DNA of 64,000 nt from Podarcis cretensis. Lineage: Eukaryota. Positions 1 through 10,711 of the stretch are shown piece after piece. Position 1 is the stretch's first letter, and every line of letters begins with the position of its first letter. The stretch spans positions 32,240,001 through 32,304,000 of the forward strand of contig OX638157.1 in NCBI GenBank assembly GCA_951804945.1, given 5' to 3'. The translations under genes and the position numbers were made by a program. Under the pieces are notes generated by a model. The model saw only the letters and a list, made by a program, of their open reading frames with translations. It was not told where the DNA came from and did not search any database.

Positions 1-2812
1 CACAGCTGAGTGGAACTATCCATCCCCAGCTCATCAAGAATTTCCATCGCTGTTGCCTTTCCATCCGTTCCATTTTTCAACAAACTATGACAAGTGAAGT
101 ATGCATCATTATCGTTAATTATGGGGAAACTCTTTTGTTCCTAACAAGGGAATACCTAGCTACTCACAAGTAAGCCCTACTAAATTCAATGGGACTTTCT
201 CCCAGATAAGTGAGTATAGGATTGCAGCACAACTCTTTTCTCTTAAAATGGGGATAAATTCACTTTTTAAAATAAATTTAACTTCTTAACTGCATTACTA
301 TGACAAAATTAACTGTTTATTAATGAAATATGATCTCAATTTAAATAATGGCAGAGCCAGACTTTGTGGAGTTTATAAAGTCTGTACTTCCAAGTAATTC
401 ACTCTGTCTTATTCAGATATAACAACAAACCATGGTTTCTTGTTACAATAATGAGCTGTAGCAAGTATTGGGCTTACACACACCTTTCTACAGTTCATAA
501 GTACAAGGAGAGGATGGAAGGAAGAGAGGGGAGCACTAAGCCTGGAGCGTGCCATGGCATGTCCTTGTATCAAAAAACTATGGTATTTGTGTTAGGTTGA
601 GACACAGAATTTAAGCTCCCTGGAAAGATTGATTCTACCATTCATGAAATCAAGAGAGGATTTAGTTACAGTGGTGCCTCGCAAGACGAAAATAATCCGT
701 TCCGCGAGTCTCTTCGTCTAGCGGTTTTTTCGTCTTGCGAAGCAACCCTATTAGCGGATTAGCGCTATTAGCGGCTTAGCGGCTATTAGCGGCTTAGCGG
801 CTAAGAGGCTATTAGCGGCTTAGAAAAAGGGGGGGAGCAAAAAAAATTGCAAGACTCGCAAGACGTTTTCGTCTTGCGAAGCAAGCCCATAGGGGAATTC
901 GTCTTGCGAAGCGCATCGAAAAACGGAAAACCCTTTCGTCTAGCGGGTTTTTCGTCTTGCGAGGCATTCGTCTTGCGGGGCACCACTGTATTGTGGTCTG
1001 ATGTTACACCTGAACCAGGCTGCTGCATTGTCAACTTTCTTTAATCAGGACTGCTTTAGCACAATGGTCAGTACTATATATGAAAATTAAACCTGTTTTA
1101 CTATATGTATTTTTAATCTCAAATTTGATGCATGTGATTATGTCAAAAATAGACATATGCTTACATAATGTTTTAATGTAACACAGATAAAACCTTTTTT
1201 GGTGTAAGCTGAGGGCCGAACAAAGTGGATAAAATGTGATTTAAGTGAATTCTTTCAACTGCTAACTTTAGTAAGAAAATCCATCTGAGAAGTATATTTA
1301 ATGATCATTTTCTTCAGTATACATATCTCCTTAGCTGTGGCACCATGCCTAGTTTTATTCTTTATGTCTGCAGCAAGGTCGCTTTGGAAGCAAACATTCA
1401 ACTTCGAAGAGAAATCAGAGTAATGTTATATCTCCCAAGTCTGAAATTTTCTTTTCAATTCTAGCTGTAGCTGAGTAGACAGCTATTTCTTGGTTCATAC
1501 ATCACATTAAACCATAGTTTAAAACAAATTATGATTTAATGTGAAGACACATTGTGCTGATGCATGCTGCTGAAATGTACTGCACTGCCAGGAAACAAGC
1601 CAGAATCTGGATTTTTGTAATGTCTGAATCCAGCATGGTAAGACTTTTTTTAAGCCAGAACTTGCCAGAACTCAGTTCCGGCACGTCTCAAGTAGGTGCA
1701 ATTGCCATTATAAGAGAACAGGGAAGTGGTAATGGTGGGTTCTGGCACCTCTTTTTATAGAAAAATAGTCCTGAGTGTGGTTGCTCTCTTCAAACAATCC
1801 ATGAACAGTAACCAAGGTTTGTTCTTGTCTTACTGCTTATGGTTTGTTTGGAGAGAAACGAACAATGAGCCCATGTACAGACAGCACAAAAAGCCAGACT
1901 CTAGTTTGTTTCCTGGCATTGCAACATTAGCACTTTTCAGGAGTGTGCACCAAGTACACTGTATGGTCACATTAACCCTTAGTTAAAAACAAACTATGGT
2001 TGAATTTGATGTGTGACTTCAGCCAGTGTGGACAGCTATTTATCAAAAGGTGTAAAAACATCCTTAGTCATAACATTTCAGAAAATATTTGATCTATGTT
2101 TTATAACAGACAGTGAAAGCAAGGTTCCTATTCCTTGCTCATAATGCTAATTCAAATTTCATTGCCCATTTACTTTCTTGTTTTTCATTACAGACTAAAA
2201 AGACTACAGGTAATAGAAGTTCAGACCGCAAAAAAGCAAATTCTGGCCTACATCAAGTGAAAGAACATGGGGTGTTGTTTGAATGTTCTCCTGACAACTG
2301 GACAGACCAAAAGAAACCTCCACCAACTATAATGTACTGGGTTGTGGGGTAAGTGAGCAATAATACCCTTTTTCTGTTTTATGGACTGCCCAAATCCTCA
2401 AAACTCTGTTTTCCCAAGTTTGTAATTCAGCATCTTTTACATGGGTGGTCTTAGTCACTTCCCTAATGCAGCCATCTATTTTTAACTTTCGTACCACAAA
2501 GGATGAAAACGTAGCAGAGGATCAATTCAGTGTGCATAAATATACCTAGCAAAGAACATTTTGAAAGCTCAGCACGTACTGCTGTATAGTTATTCCATTT
2601 TTAGTTTGTTATTAAATCCTTACAAAAGCACGGACTGTTTTTAGAATAGCCTAAAGATCTTGTTCTGACACAAAGTTGGTTTTTTTTTTTTTTTTTACAG
2701 GAGACTCTTCATAGATCCCAAGCCTCGGGAGTTTTATGTCTGTTTTCATGACTCAGTTACAGAGGTTGCTGTTGAACTGGCTTTTAAGCTATCTTTTGGC
2801 TTAGCTCTGTAA
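1..2812 (+). CDS. INTU: Inturned planar cell polarity protein, last three coding exons (5' part outside window): join(<1..98,2194..2348,2701..2812)
   Basis: Spliced translation [32 protein letters not shown]|[52 protein letters not shown]|[36 protein letters not shown] matches the recalled INTU C-terminal longin domain. GT-AG sites with consistent phases (0,2). Expected neighbour upstream of SLC25A31. Confidence 0.95.
150..230. repeat. Short palindromic dispersed repeat (related copies near 5185-5265, 5728-5812, 12715-12760, 61715-61930)
   Basis: Recurrent GTAAG.CC..T.AA.TCA.TGGGACTT...TAGGATTGCAGC consensus with dyad symmetry. Confidence 0.5.
669..988. mobile_element. Tc1/mariner-type (Tigger-like) MITE, copy 1
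   Basis: TIRs CAGTGGTGCCTCGCAAGACGAA / TTCGTCTTGCGGGGCACCACTG, TA on both flanks, internal (TTAGCGG) array; near-identical copy at 28227. Confidence 0.9.
1492..2022. mobile_element. Old palindromic (foldback) MITE in INTU intron
   Basis: Arms about 130-140 bp: TGCCAGGAAACAAGCCAGAATCTGGATTTTTGT (left) vs reverse complement of right arm TGCCAGGAAACAAACTAGAGTCTGGCTTTTTGT; shared AACCATAGTTT near both ends. Confidence 0.65.
1640..1773. mobile_element. hAT-type MITE nested in the foldback element
   Basis: 8-bp TSD AGCATGGT (1632-1639) / AGTGTGGT (1774-1781), both derivable from AGCGTGGT by CpG decay; internal GTTC(C/T)GGCAC repeats. Confidence 0.6.
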
Positions 2813-3511
2813 ATCTGTTTAGCTATACATCATAAATCTTCCAACACACTTAAGGCACACAAATAAGAATTAAATTATGGTTTTGTCCTGGATGCTCTTT
2901 GAAGTGTTCCTCTAGAATAATCTCGATGAATAACTTTTCAAATGTTTATAATAATGCATAGATGTCATCAACAGTATTCTGAGTTGACTGACTTTTCAGA
3001 TTACTTGTTTTAAAAAAAACTAAGCAAGTGGTGATTTTCTTTCTACTGCCTTGCAACAAATTTTGCACGTAAGCACTGTGATCAAGAAGGGTCTGTATAT
3101 GTGAACCATATGTAGATCTGTATTCTCAGAGCTGAGTTTTTTTCTTGCAAGGTTTAAAAGCTCAAAACATGTTACACTTTGCTCAAGTTAAAAATGCAGT
3201 TGGGCAGAAGCAGCGATCTGTGGGGCACTTTGTGAAAATGTGAACAGCCGTAAAGAACTCAGTTTCACACACACACTTCTGGACTTCAACTAAGGGAGTG
3301 TAATGTTTAATATATTACATAGGGTACAGAATTCTAAACATGCTATGGGATGTATTAAAGATCAGTGGGGTTGAAAAAACCCCCTGAACATTTTCTGATT
3401 TTTATCTTACACAGGGGACAGTGGGGAGGGTTGAGAGGAAAAAGACTACCTTACATTAAAGGGCTATAATATTTTATACAGTAAATGATGTTATGTATAA
3501 TTATGTGAATG

Positions 3512-3642
3512 AATAAACATTACTTGTTATAAAGTAACATTGCCCTTATTGCAGATGCTCTGTGGCAAACATCAGAAGGAAATAACCATTTTGTTTTCAA
3601 AAACTTTGTATAAACTTTTTTATTTTATTTTTTTACAATAAA
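3512..3642 (+). terminator. Candidate INTU poly(A) signals (AATAAA at 3512-3517 and 3637-3642)
   Basis: Canonical hexamers at the end of an AT-rich 3' UTR, 0.7-0.83 kb after the stop codon; TGTA and T-rich elements upstream of the second one. Confidence 0.6.
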
Positions 3643-4119
3643 GACATATTTGCAGAACGTGCCCCCATGTATTTTTATATTCTCTCATGGGACTGTATAC
3701 AACATTTCACAAGCAGCAGGCAAGTCACACAACCAGCATTTCCACTTCCCCATAAGCTCCCTATATGCACAAAAGCCTCTGCAGAAGGTTAAGGGCATCT
3801 ACTTAACAGTGGGCTGGCAGAAGAATCTTGCACCATTCTCACAAGATTCCCAGTTCCCTATCTTGCCATCCAAACTTTTGTTTTTTGCTCGGCAGACAGA
3901 GCTTGAACACCTGTTAACCTTTGGTTGGAGAAACTGCGTTCGGAGGAGCCCATCGTTGTGATTCAGGCAATGTCCCTCTCCCGGTTCTTGCTTTGCTGGT
4001 TTCTAGGCCCTTGTTAGCAGAGGTTCCTATTCCTTGCTCATAATGCTAGGCCCTTGCTAACCTCCATCTCCAGGAGGCCCAGAATCTTCTTGGAGAAGGG
4101 ATGCCCAGGAAGAGAGGCT

Positions 4120-4300
4120 CTTGTGATTGGGCGCTGCCGGGTCATGTGGCTTGAGAATGCATGCTTCTGATCCGGTTGGGGGAGGGGGACTCCATTGGCT
4201 CTTCCTGAGCAGTGGCAGTTAGAAGTGTTGCCTGGTGCTGGGGGATGCCACTTGGGGCTTCCATTTCCACCCAAACCCCTGTGCCCACCCAGTCGACAAC
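4120..4300 (+). promoter_or_regulatory. SLC25A31 proximal promoter: two inverted CCAAT boxes (ATTGG 4126-4130, 4194-4198) and a MYB/A-MYB-type site TGGCAGTTAG (4213-4222)
   Basis: Motifs read directly, in a locally GC/CpG-enriched segment upstream of the ATG. Function is inferred only. Confidence 0.5.
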
Positions 4301-7300
4301 ATGCTGGCCGCAGAGGGGCAGCAGTTTTTCGACCCTGTCTCTTTCGGGAAAGACCTCATGATAGGCGGGGTGGCAGCAGCTATTTCCAAGACGGCAGTAG
4401 CGCCCATTGAGCGCGTGAAACTGCTGCTGCAGGTCCAGGCCTCGTCCAAGCAGATCCGGGCTGACCAGCAGTACAAAGGCATGGTGGACTGTTTTGTGCG
4501 CATCCCTCGGGAGCAAGGTACGTCTTCCCCAAAGAATAGGCCCTCCTCGAAGGGTTGGCGGGGTGTGAGAGCCGCAAACGTTTGCCCCTTGTTTAAATCG
4601 TGCCTCAACTGTGAACAAAATAAGTGGCAATTCTGTGTTGTGTCAAGCCCCCTCACCAGCTGCAATAAGAGGCTAATAATTCTGGCCTACCTTTTGAGGT
4701 GGTTGTAAAGATTGTGGGGAAATGTGCTATTAAGTTCTCTGAATACCTAGCACAAAACAAATACTTATTACTAATACTCTGAATAGTTTGTGTGGGTGTG
4801 TTTTCTCCAAGGCAGTATTCTAGCTTTTACATTTTTCCAATCTTTCCTTAATGGCTGTGTGCTTCCAATGAGGCCTAACTTCCATATTCCTATATTGTTT
4901 TCATTCCGACCAAACAGTTGCACGCTCCAGAGTACATAGTGCATAATATCCTTTTTACGTCCTTCTCTCCCCCCCCCCCCCAATGATTGTACCTTCCTGG
5001 CTGCTTCCACCGCGCCAGGTTTCCCTAATTCATACTGACCTATCTACACATGCAAAATTAATACAACATGCTCACATTTCAGCTAACAGGGAATATATTC
5101 ACCCAGCAAGCAAGGATTTCTTCTGTAATATATACTCCTACTTCTCTAACCAACAGAAATACAAGACTCCCACTGCACCACACGTGCAGCCTGATCCTAG
5201 ATACGTCTGCTTGGAGCTAAGCCCCACCAAGTTCAGTGGGACTTATTCCCAGGTCATTGCATAGCATAGAAACTTAATTTGACTTCCTGGAATAATAGTT
5301 GAAGATCTCATAGGTGGTTATCTTTCTCCAAATAATTATTATAACATTGTACACTGACCTGTACCATGTATTTTTGTGCAGCTACTCTATTTATGCTGAA
5401 TTCTAAGGGTGTTTTGTACAAAGGTTTATATTTTTAAATTACAATTGTCAGTGTAAGCAGTTCTTTGTGTTTATGGATTCCACTACAGTGCTGATTTGAT
5501 TAGGAAAGTAGCAAATCTAAAACTACAAGTCCACTAAACAACTAGTTCCAAGTACCTCCATATACCTTTAATTCAATAGGCATGGCATCTGTTTCCTTGC
5601 TATGTGTATATAGTGTTAATGTGCACTAAATCTGTAGTTTAGCATGTCTTCAGTGTCTGTTTTACCAGCAAAATATTTAGCCTGGCTTATTTGGAGCCCA
5701 CATCATGAAACAAAGATTCTGAGCATTTTAGCTGCAGTTCTAAACCACTTTTATTAAGAAATGTTTTACTGAACTCCGCAGGACATACCAGACCAATCTG
5801 TGTAGAACTAGACTGCTAGTGTTTGGGTAGTAAGGTGAAATAGGACAATACAAATGTGTTATCCCTAAATGTGAAGTGAGCTTTTGGACCTAGTAAAGGA
5901 ATATGTATCTTGAAGATATTTCAAAACAATTGGCAGTTCTTACCATGGCTTGATGACTCTCAAACTGTGATACCTTTGTGCATTTAACTTGAAACATTTG
6001 GTTCCCGTTTTAGAGTTATTTTACATGATAGAAGATGTTCTTCTGAGAATGAATGCCTTCGTTGTCTTCGTTTAAACACTACAGATTGAAGGTTGTCATA
6101 TTAAATGTTGGGCGCAATCTAAAATTTGTTCTATAAGTTGAATGAAATATGGATTACCAACTGCTCAGACTTTTATTTTCCATGTCATTCAGTTACATAA
6201 CTTTAATAAAATATGAACACAAAAATGAACATAATTATCTACTATTCTTCATCAAATGTTGAAAGTATGCCCTTCATTTATGGTCTGCCAAGCTACTGAA
6301 TAAAACAGGAAACATGCCCTGCTTGCTCCTATTAGCAAAAACATTAGTTTTAACTTTCTTCATGACTATCTTTTGCACTCCTGTCTTGACAGCCACTGAT
6401 CTTGGAAGCAATACTTTCCTCATCACTTTAAATTTAAATACTTGGTCCTGCAGTGTAAGCCCTCTCCTTACAACTTGTACTGAACTGCAGTGGTCACAAC
6501 AGTAAAGATCTTTCATCGTACTGAATGTTTGCAGAAGCCTTGTTTTCCATCAGAATATATAGAGTGCCCGTTACTGATTGCCATTATTTACCTTGGTGCC
6601 TGCAATTGCAACACTTTCCCATCCTTTGACTACTTTTTGTCTTTTTGAACAGATCTTACTTGCATGTTAAACTCATTTTCCACGGATCTAAACTCATCCT
6701 GTAAAATTGCCCTCTTTGACCTAACCAAGATTCTCAGATCTTTCCAATAATTTTTCCTCCCTCCTCCTCCCTTCCAGTTAACTGGTGTCCACAAGCTTTC
6801 GTATTGTTTGGCTTCATGCTCCTTTTCAGCTCTCTTTACATTCCTGCAGTGAGACCTTGGCTTCTGGGGTCCTCAACATTTCCATTTGTCCCTTTGTTCA
6901 ACTTTTCCTGTTCTCAAATGCTGCTCTTTTTATGTGGTATTTCCTCTTGAAATACATATGTAGTTTAATTCAAGTCTGCCTATCTCCCTTTCTTTTGCCT
7001 CTTCAGATCTTCCTCAAAGCCTAGTTTTGCCTTCACTTTCCCCAGCTCTCAGCAAAACTCTTCCTCCAAAATAATTCCTTTTGTTGATCTAGTTTTCACT
7101 TAGTAAGGCACTAATACACTGCATGACCTGAGTCTTAGCAAGATCACCTGAGCCTGAAGAGCACAGTGGTCAGAATGTCTAAAATAATTTTTGTTGCATG
7201 CCTCCAATGTACTGCAAAACCAAGTCCACCACTCCTTATTAAAATGGGTTTAGCACCCCCTCTGGTGGTGAAAACATAACCTAAAAAACAGCTGTACAGT

Positions 7301-10300
7301 ACAGTACAGTACTATTTTACTAAGACTAGGTTGTATATTTGATGGCGATCAAACATACAGATTTAGCATGCTTTACCATCACATGGGTGGCACTGTGGGT
7401 TAAACCACAGAGCCTAGGACTTGCCGATCAGAAGGTTGGCGGTTCGAATCCCTGTGACGGGGTGAGCTCCCGTTGCTCGGTCCCAGCTCCTGCCAACCTA
7501 GCAGTTCGAAAGCGCGCCAAAGTGCAAGTAGATAAATAGGTACTGCTCCGGCGGGAAGGTAAACAGCATTTCCGTGCGCTGCTCTGGCTCAGCAGAAGCG
7601 GCTGGCCACATGACCCAGAAGCTCTACGCCGGCTCCCTTGGCCAATAAAGCAAGATGAGCACCGCAACCCCAGAGTCGGCCATGACTGGACCTAATGGTC
7701 AGGGGTCCCTTTACCTATACCTTTACCTTACCATCACAGTGTGCTTTCTATTTCCTGCTGTTTATTTGCTAACTCTGGCTCTTTAAAGGATTAATAGCAT
7801 CCAGCTTACTGCTATCGATGATCTGAGCTTCCGTTTTTTCCAGGGTTTGCATCTCTCTCTGCTTTTTAAAAAATCAGTACTGAGACAGTTGTACATAATT
7901 ATAGGGGAGCTAGATTTGAGGTGAAAGAATTGGATGACCACTACACATTGAACTCTTTATGGATTCACTTATATTCACTTATTCCACAAGTACCATTTCA
8001 AACATATTAATAGGTCCAAGTCCAGTACACAGAAACATGTAGTTATACAACAGAAACAATTTAAGATCATGTCAACTGTACATTTTTTAATCTTCTGTCT
8101 GTAGGATTTGCCAGCTTCTGGCGTGGCAATCTTGCCAATGTTATCCGGTACTTCCCAACTCAAGCCCTAAACTTTGCTTTTAAGGACAAATACAAGCAGA
8201 TTTTCATGGCTGGAGTGGATAAAGATAAACAGGTAAATGTGGTCTAACATTTTGTTTATTGCTGATGTGTCCAAAACCATTTTGCTTGGTCCAAACATGA
8301 AGAAATTGGGATATCCTTTTGAATTATTAATTATTAATAGTATACAGTATTATACAGTACAGAATTATTAATAGTATACAGTACATTTCAATAGGTGGTG
8401 TATTAAAGAGGCATTGGGATTTGTATTTAAGAAAAAAAGCTAATATGAGTAATTGCGTGAACAATATTAATGCCCATCATATGTGACAAGTGGGACTTGT
8501 AATAAAATGTTCAGGGTTACTACCAACTCTTTTCCAGGATACTTCATTCCTGCTCTCCTCCCTACAAGTAGGCCAGTGCCCCAAAGTTACTGTGCATAGT
8601 CCTCATTGGGATATTTTGGGGCTACATCTTAAGAGTTTTTACTGTGATTTTTGTTTTTGTACTTCTGCAAACCTTGGAGTTCACTGAAGCCTGCTGATAC
8701 CTCCTCTTGTTTGTGAATGGTGCTATTTGAGCAATGCAAGTCTGTACTCTGAAGAATGAGTTTATTGGTGTAGGATGTTTCTACTTGAAGCTCAGTATCA
8801 TGCTATTTACAAAGACATTCTTTATCTGAATTAGGCCTTAAAAGAAAAAAAAAGTCCAGCTGGTACTTTAAGCCAAAATGAAAAAAGCAATTGCTCTTGG
8901 TAAATGGAGCAAACAATCCTCTCACTGAATCCTGGAGCTCTCCAAACCTGTTCGACTTGACCAGTCGCATGGTATGCAGAGGCGTAAATCAGCAGTTTGG
9001 AAATGGTTTTCTGTTAATAGCACTGATGGCACTGACTGTTCCCCAGCTATGCGTTTTTTGATCTGTAAAGGTAGATGCATGTATTTTCAAAGGACACCAT
9101 CAGAGTGCAGAGCTGCCTCCTTCGAAAGGAATACTGAAAAGGCAGTCTTTAAGGGCAGGTTTACACATCACTGTTGCTCATCACTCTGTGACTGCAGCAT
9201 AACATGAAAATTTGTGCATGTGAAAGTGCCATTGCAAATCAAGCTCTATATTTAAAAAAAAAAGAAAAATCAGTGGATACAGTTCACACATTCAGCAACA
9301 GGACTAGTTCAGATATTTGTTTGGGCTGCTACCCCCCCCCAAAAAAAAAACCAAAAAAAAAACCACACTCATGCACAGTAATGTGTGAGGCCGTGATTTC
9401 AACATCAAAATGAAGTGTGAGGTGGCACTGCACTTTACACAGAATTTTTAGGCCCTGTTGTAGCTGTGGAAATTACTGCTGTCTGTTTCTGATTCATATC
9501 GTTCCCATATGCATGGGAGCATTTCTTATGGAGCAAAATAAATGTGTGAATTGATCCCAAGTGATGGGGATTTTGTGAATCAGCTTAAAGAGGGCACCCA
9601 ACCCTACTTGATCCGCTTCCCTGGCTATGCCTCCCCAGTTGTGATAGATACTTTAAACTGAGGTTTGGTAGGAACCTCAAGGTTTGCGACTTGGAGAGGC
9701 GATCCAGGAGTGCTCTGCCGGGAGTCACGTAGGATCGAGGGGGGTTCACACGGGCACGTTAAGGGCCCATTTGATGTGGAGAGCGGTCATTGTGAATCAT
9801 CCCTAGCATTCCACAGTTTGAGAAGGGGGTTCGAACAACATACAATCACCTCAGCAACACAAAAAGGCTGTTATATGCCATATAATATACTATATATGTA
9901 TTTTGGGGACATCTTTTATTGCTATGTAATCTTTGTTTGATACTGTCATGGGATTTTTAAGGGGATTTTTTTCTAACAAGCTGGTTCATTTTCTTTCCTG
10001 CCAATGCCTTCTGCATTGCCAGAAGCTTACTGTCTAAAGCACCTGGTACTATTTAATGCTTAATGACCATTTACACATACCCTGCATTTGGATTTAATAC
10101 CTTGCATTGCATGCTCATTTTCTGTCAGTATTACCGGTATATAAATTCATATATAAGCCATTTCAGTTTTAAAGCTCTGAAAGAACATGAAATACATCTT
10201 GACATACCTTGTGATATAAATGCTCCAAAGGGTAAAAGTCTTTTTGATTTTTTATATTATCATACTGTTGTATTTTCAAATAAATAGTTTCAACAATGTG

Positions 10301-10670
10301 TGTCTTGAATATTGAAGTTCCCATCTAGCTTAAGTTAGTTGTGTGTAATAACTCCCATTGAAACTGTAAAGTTGTAAATGCCAGTACCCAAAGATTCTGG
10401 GTCATATTTAACTAAGTTAAGGGTAGACCCGTTTAAATTAGGCCCATTAATTTTAATAGGTCTACTTCGATAAAACTCAGTTGACTACCACTCAACCTTC
10501 CCCCAAAATGTAAAGAAACCAAAAAAATCTTCTACTTCAAAACACAACCTTAACCTAGTTATTCAAAAATAACTTGTGGCACCATAAATACTAAATATTC
10601 TATTATGGCAGAAGCCTTTGTAGACCACAGTCTACTTCATCAGATACATGAAGTGTTAATCCTGAGTTAC

Positions 10671-10711
<41 letters not shown>

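Noticed and set aside
751-823. TTAGCGG repeats as an interstitial telomere or CRISPR-like array
   Set aside because: The unit is not TTAGGG, there are no unique spacers, and it lies inside a TIR-bounded MITE.
1378-1419. Possible 42-nt INTU cassette exon ([14 protein letters not shown])
   Set aside because: It needs a weak AAG acceptor 4 nt after a better CAG that gives a frameshift, and the donor is weak; the flanking exons already join in frame.
4038-4665. Minus-strand ORFs over SLC25A31 exon 1
   Set aside because: Antisense shadows of a GC-rich coding exon.
6235-6760. Possible decayed LINE or coding remnant in SLC25A31 intron 1
   Set aside because: Multiple stops and no motif I can assign; left unannotated.
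7384-7460. tRNA gene suggested by A/B boxes (also near 32720 and 40400)
   Set aside because: These are SINE heads with body, tail and TSDs, not cloverleaf tRNA genes.
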